From Macrostomum lignano (taxonomy: Eukaryota): a DNA stretch of 64,000 nt. Location of the stretch: assembly GCA_002269645.1 (NCBI GenBank), contig NIVC01001787.1:1-64000 (forward strand). The letters run 5' to 3'. A model generated the notes under the pieces. The model saw nothing but the letters and a program-made list of their open reading frames with translations. It ran no database searches and was not told the DNA's origin. Position 1 is the stretch's first letter, and the number at the start of each line of letters is the position of its first letter. Below are positions 13,045 to 25,015 of this stretch, one piece after another. A program made the position numbers and the translations under genes.

Positions 13045-15625
13045 TATGGCTACTGTACATCAACCCCTATCTTCTCTGGCTACTGTACATCAACCTCTGT
13101 GTCCTCTATGGCTACTGTACATCAACCTCTGTGTCCTCTATGGCTACTGTACATCAACCCCTATCTTCTCTGGCTACTGTACATCAACCTCTGTGTCCTC
13201 TATGGCTACTGTACATCAACCTCTGTGTCCTCTATGGCTACTGTACATCAACCCCTATCTTCTCTGGCTACTATACATCAACCTCTGTGTCCTCTATGGC
13301 TACTGTACATCAACCTCTGTGTCCTCTATGGCTACTGTACATCAACCCCTATCTTTTCTGGCTACTATACATCAACCTCTGTGTCCTCTATGGCTACTGT
13401 ACATCAACCCCTATCTTCTCTGGCTACTATACATCAACCTCTGTGTCCTCTATGGCTACTGTACATCAACCTCTGTGTCCTCTATGGCTACTATACATCA
13501 ACCTCTGTGTCCTCTATGGCTACTGTACATCAACCTCTGTGTCCTCTATGGCTACTGTACATCAACCCCTATCTTCTTCTCTGGCTACTATACATCAACC
13601 TCTGTGTCCTCTATGGCTACTGTACATCAACCTCTGTGTCCTCTATGGCTACTGTACATCAACCCCTATCTTCTCTGGCTACTATACATCAACCTCTGTG
13701 TCCTCTATGGCTACTGTACATCAACCTCTGTGTCCTCTATGACTATTGTACATCAACCCGTGTATCTTCTCTGGCTACTGTACATCAACCCGTGTATCTT
13801 CTATGACTATTGTACATCAACCAGTGTATCTTCTCTGACTACTTTACATTAGCCCGTGTCCTCTATGGCTACTGTACATCAACCCGTGTCCTCTATGGCT
13901 ATTGTACATCAATCCGTGTCCTCTATGGCTATTGTACATCAACCCGTGTCCTCTATGGCTATTGTACATCAACCCTTGTCATCTATGGCTACTGTACATC
14001 AACCCGTGTCCTCTATGGCTACTGTACATCAACCCGTGTCCTCATGGCTACTGTACATCAACCCGTGTGTCCTCATGGCTACTGTACATCAATCCGTGTA
14101 TCCTCATGGCTACTGTACATCAATCCGTGTATCCTCATGGCTACTGTACATCAATCCGTGTATCCTCATGGCTACTGTACATCAACCCGTGTGTCCTCAT
14201 GGCTACTGTACATTAACCCGTGTGTCCTCATGGCTACTGTACATCAACCCGTGTGTCCTCATGGCTACTGTACATCAACCCGTGTGTCCTCATGGCTACT
14301 GTACATCAACCCGTGTGTCCTCATGGCTATTGTACATCAACCCGTGTCCTCTATGGCTACTGCACATCAACCCCTATCTTCTCTGGCTACTATACATCAA
14401 CCTCTGTGTCCTCTATGGCTACTGTACACCAACCTCTGTGTCCTCTATGGCTATTGTACATCAACCCGTGTCCTCTATGGCTACTGCACATCAACCCGTG
14501 TCCTCTATGGCTATTGTACATCAACCCGTGTCCTCTATGGCTGCTGTACATCAACCTGTGTCCTCTATGGGTATTGTACATCAACCCGTGTATCTTCTAT
14601 TACTATTGTACATCAACCCGTGTATCTTCTCTGGCTACTTTACATCAACCTGTGTCCTCTGACTATTATAAATCAACCCGTGTATCTTCTATGGCTACTG
14701 TACATCAACCCGTGTATCTTCTATGGCTACTGTACATCAACCCGTGTATCTTCTATGACTATTGTACATCAACCCGTGTATCTTCTCTGGCTACTTTACA
14801 TCAACCTCTGTGTCCTCTATGGCTACTGTATATCAACCTCTGTGTCCTCTATGGCTATTGTACATCAACCCGTGTCCTCTATGGCTGCTGTACATCAACC
14901 TGTGTCCTCTATGACTATTGTACATCAACCCGTGTATCTTCTCTGACTACTTTACATCAACCCGTGTGTTCTCTGACTATTATACATCAACCCGTGTATC
15001 TTCTATGGCTACTGTACATTAACCCGTGTATCTTCTATGACTATTGTACATCAACCAGTGTATCTTCTCTGACTATTGTACATCAACCAGTGTATCTTCT
15101 CTGACTATTGTACATCAACCAGTGTATCTTTTCTGACTAATTTACATTAGCCCGTGTCCTCTATGGCTACTGTACATCAACCCGTGTGTCCTCATGGCTA
15201 CTGTACATCAACCCGTGTGTCCTCATGGCTACTGTACATCAACCCGTGTGTCCTCATGGCTACTGTACATCAACCCGTGTGTCCTCATGGCTACTGTACA
15301 TCAACCCGTGTGTCCTCATGGCTACTGTACATCAACCCGTGTGTCCTCATGGCTACTGTACATCAACCCGTGTGTCCTCATGGCTACTGTACATCAACCC
15401 GTGTGTCCTCATGGCTACTGTACATCAACCCGTGTCCTCTATGGCTACTGTACATCAACCCGTGTCCTCTATGGCTACTGTACATCAACCCGTGTCCTCT
15501 ATGGCTACTGTACATCAACCCGTGTCCTCTATGGCTACTGTACATCAACCCGTGTCCTCTATGGCTACTGTACATCAACCCGTGTCCTCTATGGCTACTG
15601 TACATCAACTCGTGTGTCCTCTATG
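13040..15625. repeat. 30-33-bp minisatellite (CCTCTATGGCTACTGTACATCAACCTCTGTGT and variants)
   Basis: Long tandem array with blocks of variant units. Confidence 0.97.
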
Positions 15626-16568
15626 TCTAAAAGAGTCAAAACACAAATTGAATGCATAAATACTAACCAACAAAGACTGTCTTCTCTCCTTCGAAGCTGT
15701 CAAAGAAGCACCAAGCAACTAATGCTGCAGTTTGTAGTGCCAATAGTTACTCAGCCGTTTTAGGCATTTTTAGATTTAAAGTTTATTCCAGACCGGTAAT
15801 AACTGAAATTTGGAAATCATGACAGCACAAGTTTTTATAAAATAGAATATTTATGTATTCATACAAGATTCATGCATACAAAAGGCCGCCATTTGCGCAC
15901 ACACAAAAGCAGCATATCTTAGGAGCTACCCAGTGAAGGGAGAGTCGAGTCCAACTTCTGAGAGACTCTGCATGGGCTGGTAAGGAGGAAGAGCTGACGA
16001 ATGCAAATGGAGATAATTCAGCAAAATTTAATCCACTCAAGTTGGATGAGGAGCAAACTGATTAAAGCGACAAGACTGGATTAGAGGAGAGTGGCTCTCC
16101 TTAGTGGCTCTAATTCAAGCTTGGAGATTAAGTTCGGTGTGCAGCGCAAAGAGAAGTCCTCAAGTAGTAAGAATCCTCAAAGGAATTTTGCAATGAGTTC
16201 AAGTTCCACGAATCGTTCAGGCAACACCCGAACCTACATCTGTAATGCTAGACTGAAGCATGAAGATTCTGAAAAGGAATTGAAATACAGAGACTATAAA
16301 TAGCTTTTGACATTGTACTATCGTCTGTTTAGTCTCAGGAGACATTCTGTGGTCTAATGCAGATAACACTAGGGTATGGAACTAGCATTAAAGTGATAAG
16401 GAGAGTTAAGGGTTAGGATTAGCTCCTGACTTAAGGGAAAGTTGCTGAGATTTCCATGATAAATGTGGAATGCTAAAAATGCGAAGATTCTATGGTCTCA
16501 AGTGCGAAGTTTATAAGATGCTAAGGCTCAAGTGGAGGTTGCTGATATGCAATGCTCAAAGAAAACTA

Positions 16569-17284
16569 TTGGTTTTTGCATGCTAAGTGAGACATTTTTC
16601 AAGCAATCTGAGGCTGAATAGCAAAAACACTATTGTCTATGGCCACCCCTCGCTGCAGCCCAGCTTTTTGGGATCGCCTTGCAAGCAAAGTGAGAAATTT
16701 TTTAAAGCTAAGTGAGAACCATATTGAAAACAAAGGCTGGGCTATGGCAAAATCAACTGCGTCTAACAAGCAACGAAGAGAGAGAGCGCCTGGTCAATGC
16801 CGTCGAAGATGGTTACTCAATTTCGACTGCGTCCAAAATCCTTAATCTGAACAAGAAGACGGCCTATCGGATATGGAGTCGCTACGCAGCTACTGGTGAA
16901 TTCCATGCGTTGCAACGCGGTGGCCGCAAGCCGGGGTCAACAAAAATGGATGCTGAAATGCGGAACGCCGTTGAGCAGATAGTTGAGCAAAATCCCTATG
17001 TTACTCTGACGGATGTGCAGAGAAAACTGACTTTGGAGTTGCCACAAAAGCCGGCTATCTCTGAATCCACCATTGCTAGAGCGATGAACATAATTTTGTA
17101 ATTTCGTAAAACCACCCCTTTGTTTTCAATATGGTTCTCACTTAGCTTGAAAAAATGTCTCACTTTACTTGCAAGGCGCGCCCAAAAAGCTGGGCTGCAG
17201 CGAGGGGTGGCCATAGACAATAGTGTTTTTGCTATTCAGTCTCAGATTGCTTGAAAAATGTCTCACTTAGCATGCAAAAACCAA
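16569..17284 (+). mobile_element. 716-bp internally deleted Tc1/IS630-like element with 168-bp TIRs and TA target duplication
   Basis: 16569-16736 is the reverse complement of 17117-17284 with a few mismatches. TA at 16567-68 and 17285-86. A neighbouring repeat unit (~17435) shows the empty site GAAAACTATTAA. Confidence 0.92.
16712..17101 (+). pseudogene. Truncated Tc1-like transposase: paired HTH DNA-binding region only, no DDE domain
   Basis: HTH1 (RERLVNAVEDGYSISTASKILNLNKKTAYRIW), GRKP linker and HTH2 (TLTDVQRKL…ISESTIARA), then stop next to the right TIR. Confidence 0.8.
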
Positions 17285-17829
17285 TATTAAGATACTGAGG
17301 CTCAAGTGAAGGTTGCTGATGCCAATGCTGAAAGAAAACTATCTAATCTAAATATACTAAATCTCTAAGGGTTGTTTGTATGTTTGAATTAAGATACTAA
17401 GGCTCAAGTGGAAGCTACTGATGCCAATGCTCAAAGAAAACTATTAAAATACTAAGGTGCAAATAGAAATTTCTGATGCCAAGGCTTAAAGAAAAGTGCT
17501 AAGATGCTAAGGTTCAAGTGAATGTTGTGAAGATACTAAGGCTCAAGGGTAGTTTTTAAAATGCCAAAGCATTGCTAAGATGCTAATCAAAGTATAAATA
17601 TTATTTATTAATTATTAATTATTTAACTATATCATATTATTATTGATATCCTAGGCTAAAAAAATTATCCAAAAGCTAGCTAGGCTTTCTCTACCTAAAA
17701 GATACAAATCTCAAAGGAACTAACAATGTAAGGCCTTTTAGCTATAGCCATAGTTAGGATTGAGGCTAAGAGTAAGATTTTTAGTTATATATTCTAAAAC
17801 TAAAAGACCTAGTCTATGTATACACCATA

Positions 17830-18328
17830 GTCTGGATCATGCTGGTGCATGCCCAAAAAATGAATAGTTTCAAAAACATGCCAAAAAAATTTAGTGCATG
17901 CCCATTCTAAAAAATATGCTGTTGTTGTGACAATAAATGACATTTTTTATGTTGTGATAATAAATGACCTTTTTTAAATTGTGTAATAGACCCTTATTAG
18001 CACATAATTTGGTTGATTTTTATGCTTTTTTGGCAATATTATTTAGAGCAATGCATGCAAAGATTTGTTTATATGCTTTTTTATGAGCTTGAAAAACTGG
18101 AAAGCTTGAAATTTACCCTTAAAAATTAACTTTTTTTCATTTTTATTTACTTCACAATAACTCTTATATGTGATTCTAATACTAAAAATTGTGTTTCATA
18201 AAGTGCATACCAGGTGTGTACACATACTATTTTCTCAGGAGTGATGCACGCCAACTGTGCACACCTAATTTTGGCATGCAAGGGCAATGCACGCCCAAAT
18301 TTTTAGGCATATACTACATGATCCGGAG
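17830..18328. mobile_element. Degenerate ~500-bp MITE with TA flanks
   Basis: Left end GTCTGGATCATGCTGGTGCATGCCCAAAAA vs right reverse complement CTCCGGATCATGTAGTATATGCCTAAAAA; subterminal GCATGCC/GCACGCC repeats. Confidence 0.55.
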
Positions 18329-20267
18329 TAGCAAACTATTAAAACTTACGCTAGGTTAGACTCTATTTTAATAATTAAATTAGCTTAATAGCAAATTATA
18401 TTTAAATTAAAAAATATCTAGCAACTTTAAAAGAGTCAAAGATATTGAAATCATATCAAAATTTTTTGTTTAGACAGGATTATCCTACTATACAAGACAA
18501 CTAGATTAACTAATATTTTAGTTTTAGTTTTGATTGTTTCAGTTTAATTATCATTAAGCAATCATTAAATTTTATAAATTATTTTCTTTAAAACTCTTTT
18601 TTAAAGATCATACTCAAATCAAAGATCAAACTAATCAAATATTAAGCCAAGGTTTTATGAAATAAAAAAATAGACATCATTGGCATTTAGATAAAGCCCT
18701 ATAATTAATAATAGCATGCAAGATGCTACTATATATTGGTATTATTATAATATTTATGGGCCACAGATAGGCATAAAAAACTCTACTATACAGTCTAGTT
18801 TTAGAAATGATATTAACAAAATAGAAAGTATCAATAAATATAAAAACTTGGCCTATAAAGAAAGAAACTAGCTATTTATGCCCCCTATTTAGGAGGCAAC
18901 AAATAAATAAATAACTATTTTGAATTAACTAAATGTAGGTTTTGACCTTGTACTGTCAGTATACTACGAGTACTAAGCGCTGGCTTACGCATTGCTGCAT
19001 AACAAATTGTCAAATTGAGACAAAACGTATTTCTATTACTAGCCATATTTTCAATGATTATTATTGCCACAGATACTTTGTTTTGATAACAAACAAAAAC
19101 AGTCACAAGTTCTCAAACGGGCCTAGACTTATTTGAGGTAGATAATAAAAGAAAGCTCGGTATTAGTACTAGCAATATTAAATCCTATTAAAAATCGTGG
19201 ATTAGAAGATCAGCTGAACTGACTGAAGCACTGAAGCAGAAGTCAGTGTTCGAATGGAAAACACAGCATCTAAACCGTATCTTTGATGTTAAAATACATT
19301 GAATACAATATGTCGATCCAGAAATGCCTCATAAAGGAGTCAAGTAAGTACAACTTCTTTTACATTTAACGTGTTTAATATAAAGTTATTCATGGAAAAT
19401 TGCAGTAGTGTGGAATGAGGTTAAAAGTAGACGGATTCGTCCGATACACGAAAAATAATTGACATTTAAAAATATTGTCTAAGGCTCAGTCCAACGACTG
19501 TAGATTCCATTTGTCTTTTAATTTACTCACAAAAAAGAATATTCAAGACAGCAAATGTAAGCTTATTATCTTCAGATTTAGTTATCAGCATAAGCTATTA
19601 TAATTTTGTTTAGCTAGCTACAATTTGAAAATTTGGAATCAGGACAATCAACTAAAATCTAAAAAATTATCATCACAACTGAAAGTTTTCTTGTCGAAAT
19701 TAACAAAGTTATCTAGCAACTTTAGTCAGGCGCCTGGGGCATATGCTACAACTTTACAATATAAGTTCGCTTGTTGTTGTAAAATATATAGTTAAGTGTG
19801 TATGTAGATTGTAAACTCAAGTCACTCGATAGTCGACAATTAATAAATAGGCCTAATTATTGATTCATTGCATTGTAGCTTATTTTTTGCCTTGTCTCTA
19901 TGTCCTTTCTGATAACTTTAAATGAGTTCTCCCTCTTGGAATAAATGTTGAACTGCAGACTCAATAGCCACTTGAGATACACAGACGACAGACAGACATA
20001 TTTAAACTGGCACATTGCACCAGTGCACCACTTCTTATTTAGGAATGTTTGGTTGGGTTCTGCATTTTTTCTTCAATAATCTCTGCTATTCTTATAGTTA
20101 GTAAGCCTATTAGTAATAGTCACTAACAAATAATAAAAACAACTACTTTCTTTTATTTAAACATGCTATGCTATGCTATTATACATGCTTATTAAAACTT
20201 AGCCAACCTAGCCAATTTAGCTAGGTGGTAAAAGTCTAGGCTAGTCCAGCCAAGGCCCAAGGTTATT

Positions 20268-21575
20268 GATGAGGGGAAGTAAAACAGTAATAATAATTTT
20301 GTTGTAACACCTTAAATATAAGAAGTAAGGGCCTATTGAACTGCAACTGGTTTCATTTGAAAAACATCTTTTGCTCTTTATTTGACAGTTTTGGTTCTTA
20401 AGTGATTGATATTTGCATGGTAATGCTCTAATCATAGTATACCCTTTTAGCAATGGAAAATTAAAAAATCAAAGCTTGCATTAACATGAAGTTTCTTTTA
20501 AAACTTGGTTGGAAGCCAGCCTAAATCATTGATGCTTTGAAAAATGTCTATGGGGACATTGCTCTACCAGATCCAAATGTTTACTATTAGATTCAGACTT
20601 TCAAGAAAGGCCAAAAGTCTGTGGAAGACTCCCAGTGGTCTAAAAGGCACATAACATTGTGCACAAAAGTAAAATATGGTAGCTATGTAGTAGGTACTTG
20701 AGTAGGATTGATATGTGACCATAGACAATATTGTTGACCAAGTGGGTATTTCTCATGGCAGTTCTCACTTTACTATGATAGACTATCTTGGTCTAAGCAA
20801 ACTGAGTGCTCCCTGGGTCTCGTAGCTATTATGGCCTGAACACTGGGTTCAGTGCACTGAGTGCGCCATCAACCTATTGAACTGCTTAGATGCTGATTTA
20901 GAAAACTTATGTCAATGCTTAGTGACTGGGGATAAAACATGGATATTTTAGTACAATCCCAAGTTCAAGGTCCAATCCAAGGGTTGGCTGCCACAAGGTT
21001 TAGTAGGCCCCAAGAAGTTCTGTGTGGAAGGGTTTACAGCAAAGGTCTTGGCAACCATCTTCTGGGAAGTTAAGAGAGTAGTGATGGTGGACTTCTTGAA
21101 AAGCCAGAAGACTATTAATGCCACTTAATATGAGTTGCTTCTGCGAAAGCTCTGCTCTAAACTGGCCAAAAAGTGACCTGGGAAGTTGTAATCTTGGATT
21201 CTCTTTCACCATGATGATATACCAACCTAGACTTCTTGGCTCTACCATGAAGCCCTGCAAGATTTCTGCTGGGAAATCCTCCAGCATTCTCCATATAGCC
21301 TTGATTTAGCTCCTTCGGATTTTTTTGTTTACTAAGCTAAAGGAAGCAATCAAAGGAGTCCAACATAAGGACAAAGAGGCTGCCAAAAGGCTACTATACA
21401 GTGGCTTGCTGCACAGCCTCCTGAGTTCTATGTGTATGGCCTAGAGAGATGGCAACACCACATGGAGAGGTGCCTGACCTTGGAAGGGAGACTATGTAAA
21501 AAAGTATATTCCCATTTGTAAAGTTTGATACTTATGAGAACAAAATTATCATTACTTTTTGAGTTCCCTTTGTAT
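20268..21575 (+). mobile_element. Decayed mariner (D,D34D-type) element, ~1.3 kb
   Basis: Broken frames give KFLLKLGWK, LSAPWV, LVTGDKTWI, KVLATIFW, ILFHHD and HSPYSLDLAPSDF. Degenerate TIRs at ~20268-20303 and ~21538-21575. Confidence 0.9.
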
Positions 21576-22356
21576 ATAATACCAACTTGAAAGAAATAAT
21601 TTGGATAAAAAAGGGGAAAAGCAAAAAAAAGAGAAAAAACAATGAAAAATGAAAACAAAGACTATGTTGCAGCCAAAAGCAACTAAGTTGCATCAGCTAG
21701 GTGAAATTTCAAAGTTGGATATATACATATGTCACTAAAAAGGGTCTATATTGAAGGTGCAATGATTAGCCAGTTGTATAAAAATAGGCTTGTGTATTTT
21801 TAATATGGGTAATAAGTAAAATTTATTTGCATTATTTATTTAATAATAGGTCTATCATCAACTGATTCAATTCAATAGTCTGTATCCCATGCTTACAATA
21901 CCTCTAAATCAATCATAAAACTATTGTGTTGCATTGCTTTCTAGTTAATGAAGAAAAAGTTACTTTTTAGAACAAAATATTTTCATAACATTTATAATGT
22001 TTAATAAATTTTATAAATGTGTAGAAATTTATAATGAATGTTACATTTATTTTAAATTTAGTCCCTAACATCCCAACCCTATCCCTGTCTCTAACTTCAG
22101 GGACTTATCACTTAGGGCTCCCCTGCATTGAAAGTGAAAACATTCATCTTAACATTAGCCCCCACCAAAACATTATACACTGGCTATTATTTTATTCTTG
22201 TTTGTTATGGGTTAAAGTGCTCAAAGCAGAAAAGTGTTAGTCCTTGATATAAAAATTTCTAACCTAAGATATTAGCATTCCACTGTATTGATCTGCATTT
22301 GGCTATCAGATAATATTCATGTCCATTATGAATAATTTCCAGTCAGCGAGTCCACA

Positions 22357-22704
22357 ATGTCAGCAGAGAACCTGAGCGAGATGGCCTGCACCTACGCGGC
22401 CCTCATTCTGGCCGATGACGACGTTGAGGTCACCGGCGACAAGATCTCCGCCATCCTGAAGGCCGCCGGCGTCACCGTGGAGCCGTTCTGGCCCAACATG
22501 TTCGCTCGGGCCCTCAGCGGCGTGAAGGTCAAGGACCTGCTGTCCAATGTCGGCTCCTCTGTTGGCGCCGCTCCGGCCGCTGGAGCCGCCGCTCCGGAAG
22601 CCGCCGCCGCCGCTGCAGAGCCGGCAGCGGCCAAGGGCAAAGCCAAGGAGCCGGAGCCGGAGTCCGAATCTGACGATGACATGGGCTTCGACCTGTTCGG
22701 CTAA
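22357..22704 (+). CDS. RPLP1: 60S acidic ribosomal protein P1, copy A
   Basis: [21 protein letters not shown]…[13 protein letters not shown] motif, Ala-rich hinge and acidic tail. Acceptor TTCCAG 14 nt before the ATG. Confidence 0.97.
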   Translation: MSAENLSEMACTYAALILADDDVEVTGDKISAILKAAGVTVEPFWPNMFARALSGVKVKDLLSNVGSSVGAAPAAGAAAPEAAAAAAEPAAAKGKAKEPEPESESDDDMGFDLFG

Positions 22705-22798
22705 TGACATTGAATATCAGTGCCAATCTGTCTGGGTGCCGCATTGTGTAACTGACTGAATTCCGCTGTACTTCCTTAGCGACAGTTGTTAAGTAGTT

Positions 22799-22804
22799 AA
22801 TAAA
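22799..22804 (+). terminator. Polyadenylation signal of RPLP1 copy A
   Basis: AATAAA 95 bp after the stop codon. Confidence 0.6.
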
Positions 22805-23067
22805 TGCTTGGAGATGCAATGGCTTGATGGCAATATAGATTAAAGAATTTGGTTTAACCTGTTCCTTTTTTTATTGTTTTGTGTGCTAATTTTGAGCTGA
22901 GGGTAGTATAATATTGATTTTACCTATGGATATTAATTTTTCTTAGTAATCCTAGGTCTGAAACTTTGATGCCGAAATGAATGCTTCAATGGAAATTATA
23001 TATAACAGACGAACAAATTGAATTCACCAGTTCTACTTCTATCACATAGGTACCATGGTCCATGGAG

Positions 23068-23173
23068 CTCTATTCCTTTCAAAAGAGTGACAGAAGGTTT
23101 TTTGACAGCAGTATTTAAGCGGCAGTGTAGCAATTCGCGTAAAAATATTACTGTGCAATATTAAACGCCACAG
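23068..23173 (+). promoter_or_regulatory. Candidate TCT/TOP initiator and non-coding first exon of RPLP1 copy B
   Basis: CTCTATTCCTTTC pyrimidine tract (typical of ribosomal protein TSS), then a CAG|GTGAGG donor at 23174 that could splice to the acceptor at 24266. Confidence 0.4.
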
Positions 23174-23271
23174 GTGAGGTTTAGTGAATTACTAGCAATC
23201 TAGTGCCCCCTTAGGGTCGACCAATAAGCAAGGAACGAAAATTATGTGAGTCCTATTTGCCTTGACATCTA

Positions 23272-24070
23272 AGCATCCCCCCGTAAACCTTGACATCTCA
23301 GCGATTCCCCCAGTAAGCCTTGACCGCTCAGCAATTCCCTCAGTAAGCCTTGACATCTCAGCGATTCCCCAGTAAGCCTTGACATCTCAGCGATTCCCCC
23401 AGTAAACCTTGACAGCTCAGCAATTCCCCAGTAAGCCTTGACATCTCAGCGATTCCCCCAGTGTAAGCCTTGACATCTCAGCGATTCCCCCAGTAAACCT
23501 TGACAGCTCAGCAAATCCCCAGTAAGCCTTGACATCTCAGCGATTCCCCCAGTGTAAGCCTTGACATCTCAGCGATTCCCCCAGTAAACATTGACAGCTC
23601 AGCAATTCCCCAGTAAGCCTTGACATCTCAGCGATTCCCCCAGTGTAAGCCTTGACATCTCAGCGATTCCCCCAGTAAACCTTGACATCTCAGCGATTCC
23701 CCCAGTAAACCTTGACAGCTCAGCAATTCCCCAGTAAGCCTTGACATCTCAGCGATTCCCCCAGTAAACCTTGACAGCTCAGCAATTCCCCAGTAAGCCT
23801 TGACATCTCAGCGATTCCCCCAGTGTAAGCCTTGACATCTCAGCGATTCCCCCAGTAAACCTTGACATCTCAGCGATTCCCCCAGTAAACCTTGACAGCT
23901 CAGCAATTCCCCAGTAAGCCTTGACAGCTCAGCAATTCCCCCCTCCCCCCAGTAAGCCTTGACAGCTCAGCAATCCCCCCTCCCCCCAGTAAGTCTTGAA
24001 ATCTCAGCGATTCCCCCAGTAAGCCTTGACATCTCAGGAATCCCCCCCCCCCCCCAGTAAGCCTTGACAG
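23272..24070. repeat. ~30-bp minisatellite (CAGTAAGCCTTGACATCTCAGCGATTCCCC)
   Basis: Tandem array between the two RPLP1 genes. Confidence 0.95.
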
Positions 24071-24280
24071 GTACTGGTGATATTTTTGACAAGAAAACTA
24101 GCATGGATTGTAGCTTGGCCTTGAGCGACTATTAAATTTGATATAATTTATTCAGTTCTGTTTCGTGCCAATATCTTAGATATGCTTTCGGCCATTCCCA
24201 CGCTATTGCTACTTGAAGTAGTTGTTTCATATTTTTTACTCATTCCGACTTTTTGACACTTTTCAGACGGAGTGTCCACA

Positions 24281-24628
24281 ATGTCAGCAGAGAACCTGAG
24301 CGAGATGGCCTGCACCTACGCGGCCCTCATTCTGGCCGATGACGACGTTGAGGTCACCGGCGACAAGATCTCCGCCATCCTGAAGGCCGCTGGCGTCACC
24401 GTGGAGCCGTTCTGGCCCAACATGTTCGCTCGGGCCCTCAGCGGCGTGAAGGTCAAGGACCTGCTGTCCAATGTCGGCTCCTCTGTTGGCGCCGCTCCGG
24501 CCGCTGGAGCCGCCGCTCCGGAAGCCGCCGCCGCCGCTGCAGAGCCGGCAGCGGCCAAGGGCAAAGCCAAGGAGCCAGAGCCGGAGTCCGAATCCGACGA
24601 TGACATGGGCTTCGACCTGTTCGGCTAA
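24281..24628 (+). CDS. RPLP1: 60S acidic ribosomal protein P1, copy B
   Basis: Protein identical to copy A; 3 synonymous differences seen. Acceptor TTTCAG 14 nt before the ATG. Confidence 0.97.
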   Translation: MSAENLSEMACTYAALILADDDVEVTGDKISAILKAAGVTVEPFWPNMFARALSGVKVKDLLSNVGSSVGAAPAAGAAAPEAAAAAAEPAAAKGKAKEPEPESESDDDMGFDLFG

Positions 24629-24975
24629 TGACATTTGATATCAGTGCCACTGTTAAGAACTGGGGTTGTTTTCAAACTGAATGCTTGCAGCATAAGGGCC
24701 CGATAACCCCCGCAGTACTTTTCTGAGCGGCTTGAACTATAAAGCAGGTCAATTTAAAACTTTTTGGCTCTTCCTGGATCAAAAAAATATTTGCAAGCTT
24801 TGTTTTCTTCTTTGCTTTTTTACAATTGCGAGTAGCTACTATGCGTAGATTAAAAACATACAAAGCTATTATTGATAGGAACACAAATTGGCGTGTTAGG
24901 CATGACACAAGCGCTAAACTGGCACAAAAAACCTAGGCTAAAAAGCACCTAGTTGATCTATATCTGATATTTGGC

Positions 24976-25015
24976 GATGGTCTCTTACTAGGGAAGGATT
25001 TGTTTTACTTGCGAG
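24976..25015 (+). other. Spliced-leader-like sequence followed by a GT donor
   Basis: GATGGTCTCTTACTAGGGAAG…TTGCGAG|GT resembles the recalled Macrostomum SL (…GACGGTCTCTTACTGCGAAG…TTGCATG); exact 11-mer at 24979-24989. Confidence 0.45.

Larger units (their letters stand above)
16430..17580. repeat. Degenerate ~55-bp AT-rich tandem repeat (AAGATACTAAGGCTCAAGTG…GCTCAAAGAAAACTATT) interrupted by a transposon
   Basis: Related units on both sides of the Tc1-like insertion. Confidence 0.7.

Noticed and set aside
16633-16736. TIR-encoded peptide (SPAFWDRLASKVR) resembling a transposase C-terminus
   Set aside because: The resemblance is weak and has no catalytic residue context; probably chance.
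22360-22819. Antisense ORFs over RPLP1 (and likewise over FIG4, the TSP1-like gene and LIPE)
   Set aside because: These are shadow frames of GC-rich coding exons.
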